A DNA stretch of 64,000 nt from the human T2T-CHM13v2.0 reference genome, Homo sapiens. The DNA lies in NCBI RefSeq assembly GCF_009914755.1, contig NC_060936.1; one strand, written 5' to 3'. Below the pieces are notes generated by a model. That model was not told where the DNA came from, ran no database searches, and saw only the letters and a list, made by a program, of their open reading frames with translations. Positions 53,782-64,000 of the stretch are shown one piece after another; positions within the stretch are counted from its first letter, which is position 1; each line of letters starts with the position of its first letter. Both the position numbers and the translations under genes were made by a program.

Positions 53782-56564
53782 GCAAATGAAAAAATGTTCA
53801 ACATCATTAGCTCTTAGGAAAATGCAAGTTAAAACCACAGTGATATACCCCTACATACCTATTAGAATTACACATTGCACATTGTCCAGTGCTGGTGATG
53901 ATACGAAGCAACTGAATCTCTCAGGTATTGCTGGTGTGAACGCAAAATGATACAACTAGTCTGCAAAACATCTGACACTTTCTTATACAGTTAAACTCAT
54001 CGCATGGCCCAACATGTGTACCCCTATTAACTTAGCCCATATAAATAAAAAGGTATGTCCACAGAAGTGTGTACACAATTGTTCATAGCAACTTCGTTTG
54101 CAAGAACTTAAAACCCTAAACAATTCAAATGCCCTTCAGTGGCCAAGAGATGACTTGTGTGACATCTATAAATGGAATAGTATTGAGAAACACAATAACT
54201 TGGATAGATCTCAATGACCATTATGCTGAATGGGGAAAGATTCAAAATACACTTACGATATTATTTTATTGCTAGAACATTCTCAAAATGACAAATTATA
54301 GTGTGGAGGACCTATGAGGGGTTGTCAGGCATTAGGGTTATGTGGAAGGGATGACTATGAATTGCTGCCTCCCTGTATTTATATCTGATTGTGGTGACAG
54401 TTATGTGACACTGTGCATGCAGAAAAAATATAATAGAACTTTACACCAAACCAAACAAAACCCAACAAAACAAAGCCACAACACAGTGCACTGAAAAATT
54501 TATGACATTATAAAAAGTCTATAAGTTATCAATATCAATTTTCTGATCTTGAAAATTGTGCTGTGGTTATACAAAATCTTATCATTGGGATAAGCCAGTT
54601 AAAGGGTACAGGGGACCCCTCTATCCTGTTCGTGTAACTAAATACAGTCTAAGTTATTTCAAAATAAAAAGTTAAAAATAAATGAATAGATACAAATTTA
54701 GACACAATTTAGTCTCACGAAGAAATTTTTCTTAATTGTCTATCCAAGAGAAAATAAAAAACATCAGCACAACTTCTTGTACACTAATATTTATAGAAGT
54801 ATTAATTAGAAGAGGCAAAAAATAGGAAAATAATGCCCATCAACTGATGAACTGATAAGCATATATGATATTTACACACATTAGCATAGACAGCAAGAAA
54901 CAGCATTGAGTTCTTATGCATGCTACAACATGGGTGAACCTCAAAAATATTACATTAGGTGAAAGAAACTAGATACAAAATACCACATATTGCAAGATTC
55001 CATTTATATAAAAGACCCAGAGAAGACAAGTCTGTAGAGACAGAAATGAGATTCATGGGGCAAAATGAGCAAGGAAGACAAACAGGCATACAAGATTTTC
55101 TGGGGATGATGGAGATTTCCTGGAACTGGATGGTGGTGACGGTTGCACAGCCCTGTACCCTTAGTAAAAATCATTTAATCGTACATGTAAAGAGGTGAAT
55201 TTTATGGTGTATGGATTACGACAATAAGGTGCTTTAAAAAATATTAATAGAAAAGCAAATGCATGTGAGATTAGTGGACATGCACTGCAGAGCCTAACTC
55301 CTGCCTGGTGCCCAGGAGGTGTTCACCAAGCGGCACCTGTTTTACGTGGCTTCAAAGCCACATTTAGTATTAAAAAATTGGTATAAAAGAAGACTGGACT
55401 CTTCTCCATAAAGTACTGGACACAACTGAAGCTCCTCTCCTCTGCTGAGAGGGTGGGACCTTATAGCCATCACTGGCCAAAGAGGACATTTTCCAGAGTC
55501 CAAGGTGGTTCTGGGGAAAGTGAGAAATGTCTCCCCCAAGGTCCACAGTGACCCCTCTCTCGGTCTTTTCTAAATGCTCTTGCTTCTTATCTGTCTCAGG
55601 AAAGAGCCCAGCAGCTTTTCCAACTGAGTCTAAATGCATAAAGGCATGATTACTCCACCCCAGGAGCTCAGAGTTTATACTTGGTATTTACTCACGGTGT
55701 TTAAGCTTGGTATTTAATCATGGAATAGAATTCTTCCTCCTTCGTGAAAGGAATTTTACAAAAAAAAAAAAAAATAGGAGAACTCTGTTCCTTGGCAGAA
55801 AACCTTGCTGACATCCCTGATGGCAAGAACTGGGCCTCCCTCATCCAATGCCAGCTTTCAGCCCAGTGTCAGCACACAGGCCCTCGGTGAAGGTGTGTGT
55901 AAAGAATGACTGCCATCAATACCTTAACTCTCAGCAGCATTTCACAGTTTGAAAGAACGTGAGGAACACTACGGACTAATCACTGCATCTCATCTGTCCT
56001 CTAGATCACATTGAAATGAGAATAAATGAACAGAAAGTTGTGATCTCGCAACAACATAGGGCTATCAGCAGATAAAAGATGCCAATCATCTCTGAGGATG
56101 GAAAGAATCAGATGGCCTGTTAGTGACCAACGGAACGAGAAAGAGAAGCCTAGCATAGTTCCCCAGCAGAGAAACAACGATAGCAGAAGGGGGGAATTAG
56201 GATCTATAAGAGGTTACCCATGTCACAAACTCGGCCACGAAAAAAATGACAAAACTAACGAATATCTAACAGGAGAAGTGGGTGAAGTCTCAGAGTGCCA
56301 TTTCTTGCACTTGCAAAACAGGAAGTCAATCCTACGGGCTAAAATTGTGTCATGAAAGGAACAGAAAGGAGAGGTTACGGCGGTGGAGGTGCTAGTAGCC
56401 ACAGCAGTGAGAGCAGCCACTGTGGTCATAATAATGACTTAATTGTGCCACACCTTGATCTACTTTTTATTCAAGCTTTTTTTCCCCTCAGTATTACCAG
56501 GGTATTTTAAAAATTAAAAATATATCATTGTCAGTTAATATGTTTTCTGGGGGATTTTTGGTAT

Positions 56565-57640
56565 TTTTTCAACATTATTGAGGTATAATTCACAAGGTGC
56601 GGTGGCTCACGCCTATAATCGCAGCACTTTGGGAGACGGAGGCAAGTGGATCACCTGAGGTCCGGAGTTCGAGACCAGCCTGACTAACGTGGAGAAACCC
56701 CATGCCTACTAAAAAAATACAAAATTAGCCAGGCGTGGTGGCGCATGCCTGTAATCCCAGCTACTCTAGAGGCTGAGGCAGGAGAATCACTTGAATCCAG
56801 GAGGCCGAGGTCGCGGTGAGCCGAGTCATGCCATTGCACTCCAGCCTGGGCAACAAGAGTGAAACTCCATCTCAAGAAAAAAAAAAAAAAGTTGTACATA
56901 TTTAAAATGTACAATGTGATGTTTTGATAAACATTTACACTGTGAAATGATTAAGACAATTAAGCTGACATGTCCATCAACTCATATATTAATAGTTAAT
57001 TTTTTTGTTTTTTGTGTGGTGGGAATACTTAAGCTCTACTCTCTTAGTAAATTTCAAATAAACAACATGTTATTAACTACAGGCACCATGTTGTTCATTA
57101 GGTCTTCAGAACTTACTCATTTTGTAACTGCAAGTCTGCACCGTTTGGCCACTAACTCCCCTTTTTTCCCCATCCCACGACCTCTGGTAACCACTCCTCC
57201 ACCGTTTCCATGAGTTTGACTTTTTAGATTTCACATAGAGGTGAGATTATGCAGTATTCGTCTTTCTTTCTTTGGCTTATTTCACTTAATATAATGTCCT
57301 CCGGGTTCATCCATGTTGTCTCAAATAGCAGATTTCTTTCTTTTTTTTAAAGGCTGAATAATGTAAATTGATACAGCCATTATGGGAAGCAGGATGAATG
57401 TTCCTCTAGAAATTAGAAATAGCACTACCATATGATTTCCCATTCCCACTTCTAGTTATATATCCAAAGGAAAGAAAATCACCATCTCAAAGCGATCTCA
57501 GTACTCACATATTCCTTGCAGAATTATTCACAAGAAATAGAAATGACCGATGTGCCCGTGGACGGATTAGTGGTAAAGAAAATGTGATCACACACACAGA
57601 CACGCACACACACACACACACCATATACAATGGAATACTC
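56565..57640 (-). mobile_element. L1MA 3' end with 5' inversion (sense segment ~57362-57640)
   Basis: Antisense L1MA to '…aggctgaataat', then sense L1 ending '…tacaatggaatact'. Confidence 0.75.
56596..56890 (+). mobile_element. AluSp
   Basis: 'agcctgactaacgtggagaaacccc', 'caacaagagtgaaactcc', poly(A). Confidence 0.9.
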
Positions 57641-57919
57641 TATTTTTAATGAAACACATCAACTCTACTTTGGATTTTTTGTCTTCTTATAATCATAAAT
57701 AAAAACGAACACTTTCACAAATAGAATACAACTTATAGAGTAGGATTTCATTGTTATAATGTCCACGTGTCAGTTACTTATCCATGCGTCTAATGGTCGT
57801 ATTGGAGGGCGCTGCGCTTAGAATTTTTTTCTTCCTAAGTTTAATAATGTTATAACGAGCATGCATCATTTTAAATAAAAGTAATAAAGCCTCTTAAGAT
57901 TTTGGCTGAAGCAGGTTGC

Positions 57920-58280
57920 CAGGAGCCAGGGGTCAGGGGCTGCGCTGAGCGCTGGCTCGGGCTGCAGGAGGGAGGCTTCATTTGCTCACACTCAGGTGGA
58001 AACCGGGAAGGCCTGGAAATCGCAGGTCCTGAGGACGCGGCGAGTTCACGGAGAGGACCTGCCGGGCAGGGGCTCTGGGAGCCTCCGCGGGGAGGGGAGG
58101 GCGCGCGGCCGGCGCGGCCACAACCCGGTCTGCGGCGCCATCTAGCGGGCGCGCCGGGACCGTCGCCCACTAGGCCCTTTTCCGGAGGAGAAGCTGATGC
58201 CAATCAAAACGCCATCTCTACTCCTTGTCAAAGTCAAGTCATTTAGCGAAAGGCCTAATGAGCTCTGCAATCAGCTACGC
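57920..58280. promoter_or_regulatory. Small CpG island (candidate promoter/insulator)
   Basis: Non-repeat GC-rich segment with roughly 25-30 CpGs in ~250 bp against a CpG-depleted background. Confidence 0.75.
58135..58148 (-). promoter_or_regulatory. CTCF-like core motif
   Basis: Minus strand CCGCTAGATGGCGC fits the CTCF core CC(A/G)C(C/T)AG(A/G)(G/T)GGC(A/G)C. Confidence 0.7.
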
Positions 58281-59443
58281 AAGAAAAAGGAGTGTTTAGG
58301 AACATTCCCTAGCTGTTTCTCTCAGGCGGGGATGATGTGCATCTGGAGTGCCCTGGGATAAGGGGTGGGAGGCAGGGCAGAGAGGCTGTAATAGACACGT
58401 CTCTCCTAATGGTCAGGGACCAAGCCACCCTTCTCATTAAATCATTTCAATTTCACCACTACTCTTGAGCTCCTCCTTTTTAAGCACACTGAAATCCTAA
58501 TTTTACAAAAGTTGCTGTCATTTATAATATACTTGTATCATACTGTACATACATAATTTCCTCACTTAACCCTCAAAATAATTGTTCTGGGAATTCTATT
58601 ACCCATTTTGCAGGAAAAAAAAAAAAAGGCCAAGACTCCAGAAAGCTGAGGATCAGGTCTGAGATCATAAGGCTTAAGTAACAGGTGAGGCAAGATTTAA
58701 ACCAAGAGATCTTGACCTCACTTAACCACAAGCATTTCCACATTTCTCCTGCTGTGGAGAAGAGATTGTTCCTTATTGAACGATACAGAAGGAGAGAAAT
58801 ACGTTGGGGGCAAGGGTTCAGGCTTGGCATTTCTTAGCAGAATCTCAGAATTAAAGGAGACTGCGGTGCAATTCGGGAGCAAGTTGAGCTCTTTCACTGC
58901 TCATAAACACGTGCTTATTTATGACTCGGCACTGTGATTCAGTAATCTAGTTCACCTGTCAACAGTAAAGGTGACTTTTTAAAGAAAGTTACTGCTTCAG
59001 AATACAGAATTCTGATTATTTTACCACCTTTAAGGAGGTGTAAAACAGCAGCATAAAATCCTTCACATCATTGTCCTCAATTTTGTGATTCAGGGCTTAT
59101 CACCCAACGAAGCAGAACAATTCCAGGGCAGAAGTCTCTGATGGATGTGCCACACGACAGCTGGTTTTTGTGTGTGTGTGTGAGATGGGTCATAAATATT
59201 AATGGTATTGACAGAGTCTAAAAAATTTGTCATTTCACATCCCTGCCATTGAAGCACCCGGAATTCCACAACTTTGTTGCTCTGACTGACAACCACCCCT
59301 GTTTCTTTCCTGAATTCTCTTAGTTGGGTCTATTTTTCCCTTTCACCTTCAGAAATTATACATCAGCAAAGGTTTTCCCAAATAGTTGCAGGTCAACTGA
59401 ACCAAACATCTTAAGGTTTTTTCCCTTTTTCTTTTCTACTTAG

Positions 59444-59826
<383 letters not shown>

Positions 59827-60615
59827 TGAATGTGCGTTAGGAAATGGTGTAACATCTGATCCCTGTTGTGGGAACAGTTTGGTAATCGGTTCCCTGGAAG
59901 GGCTCACTGGTGCTCGTGTGTGTTACCTGTGAGTAGTTGAATTGCATTGGATCCCATAGAAAAGCTGCGGTCCACTGCGCGGTAACTGCATACAGCGACA
60001 TTTACAAAGTGCATGCCCTTAAATATCACCCAACAAAGACAGTTATTGCTGGTCATTTGAACAGCGTATTCACTGGCTGGTTTGGGGCAGGCAGGAAAAG
60101 AAAGTCGCTGAGACAAGAGGGGTTTCCGTATGACGAATGGAGGGAATCCAGTCAAGGACCCAGCAGCCTGTAAGCCTAACAGCAGTTTGTTGATTAAAAA
60201 CGACATGACAACAAATCACAGAAAGCCGCACTCCCCCCCTCCGCCCCCCAACACACCCACGGGCTGCCCTCTGCTCATGAACCACATCCATTTGTGGTTT
60301 CTTCTCCTCTGATGCTTTCTGGGTTTTCTTTCTTCTCTGGGGAGGTCAGCTTTGTTCGTGTTACACAGGCTGCGTTTCTCTGACAGGAGCTGATATTTAC
60401 TCGGAGAATTTTTCTGCCAAAGCACGGAAGTGTATATGGCTTTAAATACCCATTGCTGGAACCTGGCAAGTTTGAGGGTGTGGTGGTGGTGTGTGTGTCA
60501 TGATGACTCTCTTGATTTACTGTGAAATTGGCTCTGGAATGACAGCAAGTTATTAAAGCTACTGAAAAGAGTAAGACCGGTGTTGGTAGTCCTTTTTTTT
60601 TTAACTCATTTTTTT

Positions 60616-60925
60616 GTTAATTTTTATTTTTATTTATTTATTTTTTGAGACCGAGTCTTCCTCTGTCCCTCAGGCTGGAGTTCAGTGGTGCAATCTTGGC
60701 TCAGTGCAACCTCCGCCTCCCGGGTTCAAGCCATTCTCTGCCTCAGCCTCCCAAGTAGCTGGGATTACGGGTGCCCACCACCACACCTGGCTAATTTTTG
60801 TATTTTTAGTAGAGACAGGGTTTCACCATCTTGGGCGGGCTGGTCTTGAACTCCTGACCTGGTGATCCACCCACCTCGGCCTCCCAAAGTGCTGGGATTA
60901 CAGGCGTGAGCCACTGTGCCCTGCC
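60616..60925 (-). mobile_element. AluS
   Basis: Antisense full-length Alu. Confidence 0.92.
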
Positions 60926-61339
60926 TTTTTAAATTTTTAATTGATAATAATTGTATATATTTATGGAGTGAAATGTGATGTTTTGATATATGCATACCTG
61001 CTTGATGATTATATCAAGCTAATTAACATAACCATCACCTCTAATACTTATTATTTTTGTAGTGAGAACATTTAAAATCATTCTTTTAGCAATTTTTAAG
61101 TCCTGTGATTGTGACTACGTGGACGAACCTGGAGGATATTATGCTAAGTAAAATAAGCCAGACACAAAGACCACATTATATCGCTTACACATTGAATCTG
61201 GAAAAGTTGAATTTGTTTAATTTTTAATTAGAACTTTTGACTGTCTCCAGATCTCATAAACTGCCGAAAGATAGCCTTCCTGGGAGAATCCTGACTACTG
61301 ATCTTAGAGTCACGTAGCTACCTTACACTTATTTTATTT

Positions 61340-62930
<1,591 letters not shown>

Positions 62931-62943
62931 TGTCTCCACCCTT

Positions 62944-63085
62944 TGCCAGATGTGGTGGCATGTGCTTGCGATTCCAGCTCCTTGGGAGGCTGAAGAGGGA
63001 GGATCGCTTGAGCCTAGGAGTTTGAGTTCAGCCTGGGCAATGTGGCAAGACCCCATCTCTGAACAGAATAAATAAATAAATAAAT
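62944..63085 (+). mobile_element. FLAM (free Alu monomer)
   Basis: Single monomer 'ggaggatcgcttgagcctaggagtttgag…agaccccatctct' with (aata)n tail. Confidence 0.85.
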
Positions 63086-64000
63086 CTCTCCTCTTTGATA
63101 CGGCCCCTTTCTGCCAAGTTGTGGCCTCTGTCAAAGAAGAATGCTGATCAGCACTGTCTGGGACAACACTCAGCAGTTTTAACCCAGAACTCAATGGCCC
63201 TGGTAGCTTGAATTAAGCATTTGACTCACTTATTCAACAACTATTAACTGAGGCGAGCATTTTCCCAGGTGCTGGAAACGTAGATGTGTAAAACTGACCG
63301 AGACCTCAGGCTCATTGATTTCCCCTTCTGGTGAGGAATATTGATGATTAATCCTAAATTTTATACGATGATAGGCCTATAAAGAACATAGAACAGGGTA
63401 ATGGGATGGAAAGACAGCCACAGGCGTGGGAGTGGGGGGGGCTGGGGGTTCTATTTAGATTCCTCTGACAGTTGAATTGAACCTGAATGAAGAGGAAGAG
63501 CCAGACACGGGGAGATGTAGAGAAAGTGTGTTTCTGACAAGAAGAAGAATGAAGTACAAAGAAGCGGGGATGCAGAATCTACTGTCTGACAAAGCGTTTT
63601 CATTTGCAAAGATGTTGATTCCAGCAACCAAATTGAGCGACGGGTGATGAAAACTCGACAAATTGCTGTCATACCCCCACACTTTAGTCCCAGAAAGGAA
63701 AGTCAAACCAGCACAGAATACATCCAGGCCTTTCCTAGGTTTGACACACAGAATTATAAATATGACTCTGCCAGGCACACACAAGGCAAGGCAAGGCCAA
63801 GGCCAAGACAAAGGTCTGACTCAGCCTGTAGAGATACGATGAACTGCTCTGAGATTCAGACAGTTTCTACTTCCATGGACAGAGGAGGGAAGAGTGCTCA
63901 AAGGTGCCAGCTCTCAATGGCCCTTGTCCCACACAAGAAAGGACAATGCCAAGACACAAGAAGTGTGACGATTGCATTGCAAGCCATGGGCTATGCCACT

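Larger units (their letters stand above)
51700..55240 (+). mobile_element. Old L1M ORF2/3'UTR fragments with nested (CA)n, MER20 and Alu
   Basis: 'gcagaaaaggcatttgataaaattcaac', 'gtcctagccagtgcaataaggcaaga', L1M 3'UTR motifs. Confidence 0.85.

Noticed and set aside
57871-58246. Overlapping 110- and 114-aa ORFs in the CpG island
   Set aside because: Expected stop-poor ORFs in GC-rich DNA; low-complexity G/P/A/R peptides.

Overview
Primate (human-like) nuclear genomic DNA. AluY/AluS/AluJ, L1M, L2, L3, MIR, MaLR and ERV solo LTRs and an HSMAR2 cover much of the window. It has no intact protein-coding gene, structural RNA gene or CRISPR array, and almost all listed ORFs are spurious or repeat-derived. 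Three things stand out. (1) The minus strand carries an unprocessed TMEM132B-like pseudogene relic. One exon (21140-21283, 144 nt, intact splice sites) is almost pristine, while the next exon (3124-3314) is heavily decayed. (2) A recent ~488-bp inverted duplication (36090-36577 vs 37867-38355, ~98% identical) carries a near-perfect 32-34-bp pre-miRNA-like hairpin in each arm. The hairpin was built at the 3' end of a MER51 LTR that keeps promoter motifs and lacks its canonical poly(A) signal. (3) Several templated-insertion/fold-back scars occur at 15.5, 17.8-18.8, 20.8 and 31.8 kb. A small CpG island with a CTCF-like motif lies at ~58 kb. Repeat subfamily names and TMEM132 comparisons come from recalled consensus sequences, not a database search. 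The chromosomal locus could not be identified.
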